Below, one piece after another: positions 37,615-49,377 of a stretch of 64,000 bases of DNA; within the stretch, counting starts at the first letter, position 1, and every line of letters begins with the position of its first letter. The stretch is from Lingula anatina (taxonomy: Eukaryota > Animalia > Brachiopoda), in the NCBI GenBank assembly GCA_051362555.1, contig CM120645.1, positions 310,001 through 374,000 of the forward strand, given 5' to 3'. A program made the translations under genes and the position numbers. The notes under the pieces were generated by a model. It had not been told where the DNA came from. It saw nothing but the letters and a program-made list of their open reading frames with translations, and did not search any database.

Positions 37615-39519
37615 TCATAATTGATAGACTTTAATCTCGCCTGTCTTTTCCCCAACGACCAATTGTCCGAGACGATTTATAGCAACATCTCTCGGCCAGT
37701 TAAGTCCATTTTCTTGGCTTAAAAGAAATTGCTTGAACTTTCCATCTTGAGAAACTAAGTGTAGACGATGGTTGTTGAGGTCTATTAAAATAATGTCTTC
37801 ATTATCCAAGCAGCACGTGCCACCTGGACCCTTCACCTGTCCGTCCCCATCACCCTGGGTACCGTATCTGTATTTAAGCTGGAGAGTGGAATCGTATACA
37901 CGGATGTGATCATTTCCTTGATCTGTGACGATAACCTGATCATTCACGTTACATTGGATGTATTTGACACATTTACTCTCTGGGTCTGGTGTCTTCTTCA
38001 AGACCTTGCCATCCTTGTGGTGCACAGTCAGAGTACTGTTACCAGCTATAACATAGTGACCCTTGCTGTTGACCGCTATAGCTTCTGGTAACTCACTGTG
38101 GAATGTTTTCACGTGGTTTCCTGTCTTGGTGTAGATAATGATTTCATTTGATCCAAGACATCTAGTGACGATGTTACCGTCATCATCAATGGCAATCCCG
38201 GCAAAGGCATACTTTTCTGCTGCTCTTGGATTTGGAATTGTGCCCTGTAGGACAAAGTTGGTATCGTAGATGTGGATTCTATTCCGTGACATGTCATTCT
38301 GACACCAAATACCAATAAGGATATCACCATCAGAATCAGTAGTCACGTGACTGAGCACCTCCTCAGGAGACTTAGCCAATTCTACTTTAAATGATGTCAC
38401 CAGTCTTCCACTCACGACAGGAACCACGTCTCCAAGGCAACGGTTGATATTGGTAACACACTCCTCCATGTCTTTGGTGATAAGCTGTAGCTGGGTCATG
38501 GCTGCAGGCAGGGTCGGGATGTCGAGAGTATGAACGCTCTCGCTGCTTTGCTCACAGGCGGGGGCCATTTGCAGGACATCTATGTCGTTCCCATGGTTTA
38601 TGAGCTTTCTGGAGAAGTCTACAACGTCGTCCAGTTGGTTTTGATCGGCGGTAGCAGTTGCGATTAAACCATCTAAAACTTCTAGTTTGGCGTCTGACTT
38701 GGCATCTATTTCTTCCAGAAGATCAGCAGCGCGTTGACGGGCCACCTTAATAACTAGCTCTACCTGGTTGTTAACTTGATTCTTTGCCTCCTTTCTTCCC
38801 TGTTCTACTGACGCTTTCTGGTCTTCAGCAGCGATTTTAAACTGATCGTAGAGTAGAATTTTCTTCTCGATAGGTTTTATGTCGAGTTCTAGTTTTTCCT
38901 TGCGTTTGTCAGCAGCAATGTTGATTCTTAGGCAGTCATGATCCTTGTGTTCTAGAACCATACAACCGACGCAGATGAACTTTTTACAACTCGGGCAGAA
39001 GATTTCTACGGGATCCTTGTTGTTATGGTCACAAAGGATGTTTTGTCGGGCACGCAGCTCTGTCACGTATTCGTCGCTGTCAAACTGGTCGACGGGAAAC
39101 AATTTGTGGTCACGGTTTAACTTATGAAGAACATGGTCTGAAGAACATTCTCCACACATACTTTCATTGCAATCCAAACAGCGTTTTGTGGCGGGTGGTG
39201 GATTGCGTACATTTTTCAGACAACATACCTCACACTTCTTGGCAGCCTTGGCTTGTTCTACTTGATCAATCGTGTGTAATATGCTGACCAGAAGATGATT
39301 TGTTTGTAAATCTCTTACACCGCCCACAGGGAGGTCACACTGACGTCTACAGATAGGACAAGGGAAGCCACTCTGACCTTGGAAATTTCTGTCCAAATGG
39401 TCTTGGAGGCAATGTTGGCAAAAGGTATGTGCACAGCCGAGGACCTTGGGATCTTTGAACTTTTCAAGGCAAATGCTGCATGTTAGGTAATCATCCGTTA
39501 GGATCTTGGACAGAGACAT
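37615..39519 (-). CDS. TRIM E3 ligase, RING-Bbox1-Bbox2-coiled coil-NHL (TRIM56/TRIM2-3-like), copy 2, 634 aa, single coding exon
   Basis: C3HC4 RING CSICLE...GCAHTFCQHC...CPIC. B-box1 CEVC...CLDCNESMCGECSSDH. B-box2 CDHNNKDPVEIFCPSCKKFICVGCMVLEHKDH. Coiled coil, then NHL repeats (GPGGTCCLDNEDIILIDLNNHRLHLV, WPRDVAINRLGQLVVGE). Splice acceptor at 39538-39, ATG at 39519. Confidence 0.92.
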   Translation of the reverse strand: MSLSKILTDDYLTCSICLEKFKDPKVLGCAHTFCQHCLQDHLDRNFQGQSGFPCPICRRQCDLPVGGVRDLQTNHLLVSILHTIDQVEQAKAAKKCEVCCLKNVRNPPPATKRCLDCNESMCGECSSDHVLHKLNRDHKLFPVDQFDSDEYVTELRARQNILCDHNNKDPVEIFCPSCKKFICVGCMVLEHKDHDCLRINIAADKRKEKLELDIKPIEKKILLYDQFKIAAEDQKASVEQGRKEAKNQVNNQVELVIKVARQRAADLLEEIDAKSDAKLEVLDGLIATATADQNQLDDVVDFSRKLINHGNDIDVLQMAPACEQSSESVHTLDIPTLPAAMTQLQLITKDMEECVTNINRCLGDVVPVVSGRLVTSFKVELAKSPEEVLSHVTTDSDGDILIGIWCQNDMSRNRIHIYDTNFVLQGTIPNPRAAEKYAFAGIAIDDDGNIVTRCLGSNEIIIYTKTGNHVKTFHSELPEAIAVNSKGHYVIAGNSTLTVHHKDGKVLKKTPDPESKCVKYIQCNVNDQVIVTDQGNDHIRVYDSTLQLKYRYGTQGDGDGQVKGPGGTCCLDNEDIILIDLNNHRLHLVSQDGKFKQFLLSQENGLNWPRDVAINRLGQLVVGEKTGEIKVYQL

Positions 39520-40960
39520 GGTTCCTGGGACCAATATCTAAGAATAGAAAAATAAAAGATATTGAATTAATTATGAAGATTTTGTAATTGAGGCTTTTCA
39601 TTGTACAACATTTCGTTATAATGAAAGGTGCATAAAAATGAAATGAAAAATAAAATGAAATGTGTAAAAAAAAAAAAAAAAAAACGATAGATGTTCTCTG
39701 ACAAAAGGAATCAGTGGTCAGAAACCAATTAACCAATTAACTTAGCGTGTAAGATTAGGGTTGACTCCATTTAATTTTGTGCTTTTGTCGGTGTTCGCAT
39801 AAAACACTTCATTCATAACCTCTGATCTTACGATATACGATTGTGTACTCAGAACGAGTGTCCTTTGTATCCAGCTTTTAAGCGAATTGAATGCCATTTC
39901 TACATGACGCAAAATTCAGTTTGAATAGAAATTCAATTTGAATAGAAATCAAGCGGGTCCCGCAAACAACACCCAACTTATACTTTCTTTCACTTAAAGA
40001 ATCAATGGCAACTTTTGCCAATATCACAAAACCTCGCGCGCTTTATTATCACAACGGGCCTGCACACCACATCGTATAATAATATGTAACTATAGCTGCT
40101 GGTTCTTGCAAAAAATCTTGTGAAAGCAAGTGTCTTAAAGCCAAGTGGGCTTCATTCCTGTGCTGTGTATGTACTTTACTATAAATCCTTTGTAAATATT
40201 TGACTTCACAAGTTGTAAGCTAATTGTTCGGTTAAATATACATTACTGTAAATTGTCTGATTCCCATCAATATAAAAGACTTTACTTAAAAACCCTCGTT
40301 GAGTGATACTTTGATGCGCTCGATCGCGAGGGACATGAACTCTTAGTAAGACAAATTAGATGTATATCGCTCTAATTATCTTTAAGAGGGTCGCACATAA
40401 TTTAATTATTCGTTTGTATCTATATTTCACAATAAAACGTTGTGAACAATTCTTAGAAATATAATATATTCTGTTTTACCACAAAACGGCAGTAATAGCT
40501 ATTATTCTGATATTAGGTGGGTCCTTCTATATGTATAGAATGACTTGTTATTTGCATCTTCCTACTCCGAGACTATGGAAGTGATGAGCTTTGAACTCAA
40601 GGAATTGATTGACCTACCGGTATTTTCAGGATGCCATACATGAAAACAGATTTCTTACCTTTTTGTTGCCATGATGTTTATATTTCTAATAATCAAGACT
40701 TAGGCAGCAGCATAAATATCCAAGGGGATGGGGTCCCTGGGGTGACCTATTTTGGCAATATGGCAAAGTGCGGGGATATGCTATGGTTACCCATCGTCAC
40801 CACCTAGTTACCTTCTGACACTTACTAGTAGTTAAATTCATCGACTTTAATGGCCAATATATACAGCAATGAGAGGGTGTGTGTTGTTGATTAAGTACGT
40901 ATAGTTGTTAAAATGTCAGCCAACTTTTAGTGAAAAGCAGATATGTGTTATAAATCAGTC

Positions 40961-40972
40961 GAAAGTGAAAGC
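40961..40972. promoter_or_regulatory. IRF-binding element (IRF-E/ISRE-like) in the first intron of TRIM copy 2
   Basis: GAAAGTGAAAGC, ~160 bp from the putative exon 1 donor (41131-32). ATCAGTCGAAAGTGAAAG is identical to copy 1. Confidence 0.45.
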
Positions 40973-41577
40973 AACTCAGTTGGCGAGAGGGCGCCTCTGT
41001 GTTCTTTAAATACGCAGTGTTTTTTACACTTATCGGATTATATCATTTGTATGGATAGGCTATGTCTCAAATGCAAGTGAACCGTTTAAATGTAACCTAC
41101 ACGTATGAGAAACGAAATATAAAATCGCTCACCTTTCACACTGGGCTGTGACGAAATGTGTTCGACTCGTAGGTTTGGCTTTCCCATCTATCGCGACCTT
41201 CATGCAGGTAAACATAACAAGGCACTTTTGTCTTACCTGATTGGTCGAGAAGTGCTGAATGAGGCGCGATACCCCTCCCCCCGAGAACCTCGTTTTAATT
41301 ACTGACTGTAAAGACGCGATACTATTTAGACGTTCACTGACCTCCACGTGACAGCGTTCTGCCATAGATAAAAACCTGACAAAGCATTTGAATTCCAAAT
41401 ATCAAACCGTTTTATGATCTTTTTATTCTCATATAAACTGCTGTATGATTACTGAGCAAAGGAATAAAAATGCGTATTTTTATGTGGATGAAAAACCTCA
41501 ACAAACTCAATGTGCAATGTATGAGACAAGGCACATCTACTGCAATACAGCGCCAGGGTCGGTGTCACGAAACTGAC

Positions 41578-41708
41578 GGTTCGTGTAACAGAAAATCCGT
41601 CCTCCATATAAGCCTCGGTAAGCCTCGCCCTAGATTTTGACCCACTTAGGTCAGACTAACCCTAACCATTATAACTAAATGGGGTACGGACTTTCTGTTA
41701 CAAGGACC
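41578..41708. mobile_element. Small MITE-like element with an internal TAACCCTAACC motif
   Basis: Imperfect ~26-bp inverted ends GGTTCGTGTAACAGAAAATCCGTCC / GGTACGGACTTTCTGTTACAAGGACC. A truncated homolog is present at ~35020-35100. Confidence 0.5.
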
Positions 41709-42714
41709 CTCATACAGTTTTGTTACACTGGTATATACTGTACATGTAGGAGCACACTTAAAATAATACAGCAAATGGTACATCTACTAGGGTACTGGTA
41801 CTAGTAAAACAATTATCAAACTTTTAAATATCTGTGTTTAACTTTGAACTCAATTGATCTTATAAATACTTTATTTTATGTACTAGTAAACGTAATGTAA
41901 ATGTTTTATCATTTTTGTTCAAACTTATGTATCTGTACAACTTAAAACTTTTCCTTGCAATTTTTAAAAGAAACTTAATATTTATAATAAACATAATTAT
42001 AAGTTACTCCGATGGTACTTCTTTTATTACTGATAATCCAATATCAATGTGAGATTAGTAAACCAAGGTATACTGGTAACGCAAAGCATACTAACCTATA
42101 TTTAAACCGGTATAATTAATAACAAACGTCTTTGATGAATGTAATGTACCATTATGATATAATTATTTTACTGGCAACAATACTTATATAAACTGACTAG
42201 CGGATGATAGAGATGTGATACACGCACTTCCTTGTAACAATGTAAACATTGTCATATTCTCAATTTAATTTCTCTGAAGTTTCTTTTCCTGAAAATAACT
42301 ATTTCAATATAATATTTTCAGTTCAGGTTTTCCAGTATAATTCAGAAACAGTGCTTATTTGTATTACAATATGTGCGTGACACGCAGTAAGTTCCTATAC
42401 TGTGATAATAACATTTTCATTTTCAATCAGGACGTCCCATTATAATCAAACTACAGTAATTGTTTGAATTATAACAATATACGTTGCACACAAATACCTC
42501 ATATTCTGCCGTGTGACTGTTTAGTCACAGCTAACAGTTCTCCCCCTTGCGTGTATGTGCAACGAATATGCCGAAATATCGTTACTGAAACAAAACATTC
42601 ATGAACCATTTGAAACATGAGCTACTCGACTCTGCTAACTACATGTAAATAATAAAATGTCCATTTTTAAAAACTTAATGTTTTCATAGTCCATTGTTAG
42701 CTTGGTATAATCAG

Positions 42715-44625
42715 TCATAATTGATAGACTTTAATCTCGCCTGTCTTTTCCCCAACGACCAGTTGTCCGAGACGATTTATAGCAACATCTCTCGGCCAGT
42801 TAAGTCCATTTTCTTTGCTTAAAAGAAATTGCTTGAACTTCCCATCTTGAGAAACTAAGTGTAGACGATGGTTGTTGAGGTCTATTAAAATAATATCTCC
42901 ATTATCCAAACAGCACGTGCCACCTGGACCGTTCACCTGGCCGTCCCCATCACCCTTGGTACCATATATGTATTTAAGCTGGAGAGTGGAATCGTATACA
43001 CGGATGTGATCATTTCCTTGATCTGTGACGATAACCTGATCATTCACGTTACAGTGGATGTATTTGACACAATTGCTCTCTGGGTCTAGTGTCTTCTTCA
43101 AGACCTTGCCATCCTTGTGGTGCACAGTCAGAGTACTGTTACCAGCTACAACATAGTGACCCTTACTGTTGACCGCTACTGCTTCTGGTGACGCACTGTG
43201 GAATGTTCTCACGTGGTTTCCTGTCTTGGTGTAGACAATGATTTCATTTGATCCAAGACATCTAGTGACGATGTTACCGTCATCATCAATGGCAATCCCG
43301 GCAAAGGCATACTTTTCTGCTGCTCTTGGATTTGGTATTGTGCCCTGTCGGACAAAGGTGGTATCGTAGATGTGGATTCTATTCCGTGACATGTCTTTCT
43401 GACACCAAATACCAATAAGGATGTCACCATTTGTATCAGTGGTCACATGACTGATTATCTCCTCTGGAGACTCGACCAATTCTACTTTGAACGATGTCAA
43501 CAGTCTTCCACTTGCGACAGGAACCACGTCTCCAAGGCAACGGTTGATATTGGTAACGCACTCCTCCATATCGTTGTTGATAATCTGTAGGTCGACATGG
43601 GTAATGGCTGCGGGCAGGGTCGGGATGTCGAGAGTCTGAACGCTTTTGCTGCTTTCCTCACAGGCGGAAGCCATTTGCAGGACATCCATATCGCTGCCAT
43701 GGTTAATGAGTTTTCTCGAGAAATCAACAGCGTCGTCTATTTGGTTTTGGGTGGCGGTAGCAGTTGCAATTAAATTATCTATAACTTCTAGTACGGCGTT
43801 TGACTTGGCATCTATTTCTTCCAGAAGATCAGCAGCACGTTGACGGACCATCTTGATAACTAGCTCTGTCTGCTTGTTAACTTGTTTCTTTGCCTCCTTT
43901 CCTCTCTCTTGTACTGAAGCTTTCTGGTCTTTAGCAGCGGTTTTAAACTGATGGCAGAGTAGACCTTTCTTCTCGATGGGTTTGGCGTGGATTTTTAGTT
44001 TTTCCTTTCGTTTGTCCGCAGCAGTTTTGATTCTCAGGCAATCATGATCTTTGTGTTCCAAAAACATACAAATGCCGCAGATGTACATTTCACACCGTTG
44101 ACAGAAGACTTCTACGGGGTCTTTCTTGTTATGGTCACAAAGGATGTTTTGTCGGGCACGCAGCTCTGTCACGTATTCGTCGCTGTCTATCTGGTCGACA
44201 GGAAACAATTTGTGGTCACGACTGAACTTATGAAGCACATGGTCTGAAGAACAATCTCTACACATACTTTCCTCGCAGTCCAAACAGCGTTTTGTGGCGG
44301 GTGGTGGATTGCGGACATTTTTCAGACAACATACCTCGCATTTCTTGTCAGCTTTGGCTTGTTCCACTTGATCAATTGTATGTGAGATGCTGACCAGAAG
44401 GTGGTTTGTTTGTAAACCACTTACACCGCGCCAAGGGAGGTCACACTGACGTCTACAGATAGGACAAGGGAAGCCAGGCCGACCTTGGACATTTGTGTCC
44501 AAAAGTTGTTGGAGACAATGTTGGCAAAACGTATGCGAACAGCCGAGGACCTTGGGGTCTTTGAACTTTTCATGGCATATGCTGCACGTCAGGTAATCTT
44601 TTGTTAGGACCTTGGATAGAGACAT
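42715..44625 (-). CDS. TRIM E3 ligase, RING-Bbox1-Bbox2-coiled coil-NHL, copy 3, 636 aa, single coding exon
   Basis: Intact ORF collinear with copy 2. ATG (MSLSKVL) at 44625, just downstream of a splice acceptor. Confidence 0.92.
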   Translation of the reverse strand: MSLSKVLTKDYLTCSICHEKFKDPKVLGCSHTFCQHCLQQLLDTNVQGRPGFPCPICRRQCDLPWRGVSGLQTNHLLVSISHTIDQVEQAKADKKCEVCCLKNVRNPPPATKRCLDCEESMCRDCSSDHVLHKFSRDHKLFPVDQIDSDEYVTELRARQNILCDHNKKDPVEVFCQRCEMYICGICMFLEHKDHDCLRIKTAADKRKEKLKIHAKPIEKKGLLCHQFKTAAKDQKASVQERGKEAKKQVNKQTELVIKMVRQRAADLLEEIDAKSNAVLEVIDNLIATATATQNQIDDAVDFSRKLINHGSDMDVLQMASACEESSKSVQTLDIPTLPAAITHVDLQIINNDMEECVTNINRCLGDVVPVASGRLLTSFKVELVESPEEIISHVTTDTNGDILIGIWCQKDMSRNRIHIYDTTFVRQGTIPNPRAAEKYAFAGIAIDDDGNIVTRCLGSNEIIVYTKTGNHVRTFHSASPEAVAVNSKGHYVVAGNSTLTVHHKDGKVLKKTLDPESNCVKYIHCNVNDQVIVTDQGNDHIRVYDSTLQLKYIYGTKGDGDGQVNGPGGTCCLDNGDIILIDLNNHRLHLVSQDGKFKQFLLSKENGLNWPRDVAINRLGQLVVGEKTGEIKVYQL

Positions 44626-47600
44626 GGTTCCTTGGACCAATATCTAAATACAGAAATGAAAGACATCGAATCATTGACAAAGATTTCATAATGGAGGAAG
44701 CATTCATTTCCCGTCATCACGATATGCATACTTACCCAATATAGAGGTGCAAATGAGGTCACAGGTATGCTCTTAAAATATTCAGTGAACAGATGACAAA
44801 CTATGTTCGAATATTTTAGGGTCCCACACGTACCATGAATAATAAAAAAATGATTCAATTACTAACCCCAAAAATGTCACAAATCCAAAACGTCCAGAGG
44901 CGAAAACGTTTTACTCACTTTGAACATTCAATCATCAGTGGTTTTGTTCTTTATCTCATACAAGTATAGCGCTAAAAATGTAAAAATCTTCTGTTAAGAG
45001 CATTTTTTGAGCTACTTCAGTTTGCTAGTCAGTGAATATTAATACTGTCACTGACTGTAGAATAAGCATTAGATTAACTGTTTGCCATTCGTTAACAGAT
45101 TATTGTATCAGAAATATCAAACTATCGTGGAATCACAATATGTTTTTGAGTCAGCAACAAGAACTCTGTTTTCTATTGCACCAAGTACTTGGACATAATG
45201 AAACTTTCTGGCTTTTTTTTCTGGGCAACGTACGTTCCGTAGTATTAGTCATGACGACAAAGCCCCTTGAGTTACAGTTTAAATATTTATAAAAACAGCC
45301 TTATGTCATATATAATTTACCATGGCTGAATTACTACAAAATATATCAGAACGCGATATAAGAATTAAAATTATACATACGTTACAGGAAAATATGTTAC
45401 AATTTAGGCTCCTAACATAGTGTATAGACATGGTTAAATTTAAAGTAGATGTAAAATTGAGACAGACGTAAATTTTTTTCTATACACATATAAATTAAAA
45501 AATAAGAAAACTTTAAATTCATTCAATTTTATTATTTTTTTTATACTTCGAGCATACGTGTGCTCCTCTATATCATACTGGGGTATGTACATGTTGGGTT
45601 TGGGAGAGTTATTCAAATAACTTAAACAAATTGTCGAAACGACCTGGGGTAATACATGTATATAGCATGGACGTTAAGAAAGACAATATGCTGAATTTTT
45701 TTTGGGAATACTAGTAGTAAAACAAAACCCTGTGGTCTGTCTTTAAATTATTACTCATTCTCAATATATAGGTCCAGTCCAAGAAATCAGAAAAGGAAAA
45801 ATAACGTTAAATGTATTTTCGCGAATTTTACTATTTGTAAATGTCTGGAGTCATAAAGTGATAAATATGGCTTTTTGTGTAACAAATTGAAATTTTTTGT
45901 ATTCATGCCTAACTGGTGTGGGGAATTTCGTATTCAGTAACAAAGGTTTTAGTCTAATTGAGTAACGGACGCTTAAAAATAACAACCCTTTTGGATAATA
46001 GTTATTAATACCAACAAATATAAGGGGTATTACGAGATGCCCGTTGATTTTGTTAGCACATGTAGACCTAGTCCTCAACCTCGAGTATGTTTTTTTATCA
46101 AGGTTTGGCGGATAACTTTCTATATGCTAATACAATTTCGCTGTGTTTCGTGTAAAACATTTGACTGTGACCTGTCACCATATTTTCTTGTTAGTGGTAA
46201 ATGTAATTGAATTGATTTTCTATGGCTGACGTATTACAAAAAAACATCAAACAACTAAAAATAATGACCTGCAATAAGACATTACACTTTTCTTTTCATT
46301 TTTTAAAACCCCGCCACACTGCAACAGTTGTCTTCAACTATTTATTGAGATATTTAAAATAAACATTCCAGCCATTTTCTGAGACGTCAGACATCATGAT
46401 CGCTTCCTGTGAAGTTCTACTTCATAAAAATAACTTGGATTGGATAATACTGCGAGAGACAGTAACGAAGGTTTAAAATTCAGCCATTTTAGGTTTTATG
46501 TGTGAGAGTGTAACGTAAGTAAGTGACAGCATGCAGTGAATAAGAGCGGGGAGTGTTTATTACAGTAACTTAAGTTGATTGACATGCTCTTATGGTATTT
46601 ATACAACTGCGCTTAGTGTAAACGGAGAGAAGGCCGCTAGAGATTGCATGAGGTAGGAATAGAAATGAAGGAAGCGGCGCGGGTAATAACTGGACAGTAG
46701 TTCAATAAATAATAAGAAAGATAATATTTGAGTTGTATTTGCTACCTCGAGGTACATGAAGAAGACAAACCAATAACTTCGTCACAAGAGCAGAAAAAAT
46801 AAATTGGTTTTTAATGATTTAAGTTGCTAGACTGATGTAAGTAAAGTGCCTCTTGAATAAACAATTATTTCGCTAGCTCATTTCTAATTAGTTAAAACAA
46901 TGATAAACAGGGCCCCGATTCAGCGCAAGCGTCTTGATTCCATAGCACGCCCGTACTCGCCCCATATAATACACTGTAGCCTCTATGGCTGTATTCCCAG
47001 AGCTTTTAGATCGATATATCCCCGCGGGGAGTCTCACTAGATTACTGTCTGATAATCCGGCTTAAATGTCCGTCCCGCCTACTACAAGCTGTAAGAGGGT
47101 AATTAACTTTCGTGTCCGCCCGGCTGACAGCTATTTAGCGTGAACCCCCAGGGAGTTAGGTCGATCTAAAGTAGATCGATCTTATCTCTGGAAATGGGGT
47201 CTATGTGATATCACTATTGGCAATACGCGACGTTTTAAAGTTACGGGGCCCAGATCTATGTACATGTATACTGAATATATATTATTTGAAACAATGTGGT
47301 TGTATTTACCGGGTTTAGTCATGCATACACGCTTTACATGCTTCTTTTATTCAAAGAGAATTTAAGTTTCTTTAAAATAACTCTCTGGGTGCAGGAGAGG
47401 ACAGGGACAAGTGGTGACATAGACTTAAAATATTTTTCAGGGGGTTCTGGCCTTTCTCAACACTTTATTTGTTGGAAGATTTCAGTGGGCTTTCCAATAC
47501 TGAATGGCTGAGGGGACATTTGTTACCACAAACACACAAACAGTGACCTTACATAAAGAAGCTGAAATGCTTATAGCACATTCAATTGGTGGAATAATGT

Positions 47601-49377
47601 ACAAATAATACAAATCAATCTTTTTTCTGGTCCTTCAGTTCTGAATACCCTGGATCTGCCCCGGCGTAATTGATATGTCTGTGTTTACCTTTGAAATGTG
47701 GACGGAAATCTATCAATGCCCTTCACCTTTTCTCTTTTTTATTTAAAATACAATGTTTACCATCAAATTAAAATGCCCAACATCAGGGGCGATGAAAGGA
47801 TGCATAATACTGGTGAAATTTAATACGTGTAGCTGTTGAGTGAAAGGTCATGCAACTTTCAGAGCACGTGATAAACAGACGCAATCTTTAACAGCAAAAA
47901 AGAAAGTGCTGTGCTATGTAAAATACCCAGTGTTTATTGTTACACCTTGTTACCGGTACACTAATGTAGATATGAACAGTTACATTATTACCTATATTTA
48001 TTAGAAATGATATATATACTACCTTTACCTTTCACACGGGGTCTTGACGACATTCACGGCCACATTCGACTGGTAAGTGTGGTTTTCTTTTCGACCTAGT
48101 TACAGAATGACGCACAGTAAACTACAAGTCACTCTTGTCCGATCTGATTGGTCGAGTAGATCTGAATGAAGCACGATCCCCTTCCCCCTAACAGCCTCGA
48201 TTTAGCTACTGGCGCGATATTAGTCAAACGTACACTAACCTAGCTTTGTCATGTGTTACAGATTTCTTTCATAGATGAGCACTTGACAGAGCGTTTGCAC
48301 TTCGCTCCTGCTGCACAAACCGTTGGCAATTATCATAATAATTATCATAATTTCTGTTGTTAAATATAAGTTCCAGTATCAGAGTTATTTTTAATTAACA
48401 TTCAACATTATGTGGTGATAACATAATGTAGTAATAACATTATATAATCACCGTTCCTACCAATAATAAAAAACGACAAAGGATAAGCAAAATTACCTCA
48501 TAACTTCCAGAACACAAAGAAAACCAAGATATAACCAATCCAATTTCAAGAGTGATCAATTCCGAAACATTTTTATTCATTTATCTTTTATTAAAATTTT
48601 AAAAGTCAGCGTTTCATTCCGGACTGAATTTGATCTTAATGTAATTCCTTTATTTTTATTCCAACGCATGTAACGGTACAATCTCAACCTTTTGACTATT
48701 TAGGCCTAACTATTAATACTTAAATTTTCTGAGAGTTTTAAGTATAAATCAAAGCATAACCTAATTTTACCAATCGTAAAATTTATATCAAACGTCTTTG
48801 ATGAATGCATTGTACCAATATCATCAAAATTTATTTCACTGAGAACAACAATTATATAAACCTAAAAGGCAGATGATGAAGAGGTGATACACACACTAGT
48901 CCTTGTAACAGAATAAATATTGCCATATTCTCAATCATATTACCCTGCCAGATGTTTCCTTTTCTGAGAATATTAAGTGTCAATATTATATGATTATTTT
49001 TCAGATAAGTTTTTCTAGTATAATCATTAAAATATTTGTATTATAAAGTATTGTTGGCACACAATTAGAGTCTATTCTGTGATGGAATAGTTTTATTTAT
49101 TTTTTTTTTTTCAATTAGGATTTCCTATTTTAATCAGGCTACAGTAAATGTTTGTATTATAACAATATACGCTGCACACAAATACTCCATATTCTGCCAT
49201 GTTACTGTTTAATCACAGCTAACAATTCTCGTCTTTATATACAACCAATGCGTTCATGATTCAAGTGGCAATAACATATGAACTGCTAAGTTATGAAATA
49301 TCCAGTTTCTCTATTTTTCGTTTTTACAAACACAATATTTCCGTAGTTCCTTGTTAACTTGGTATGGTGGCAATCAG

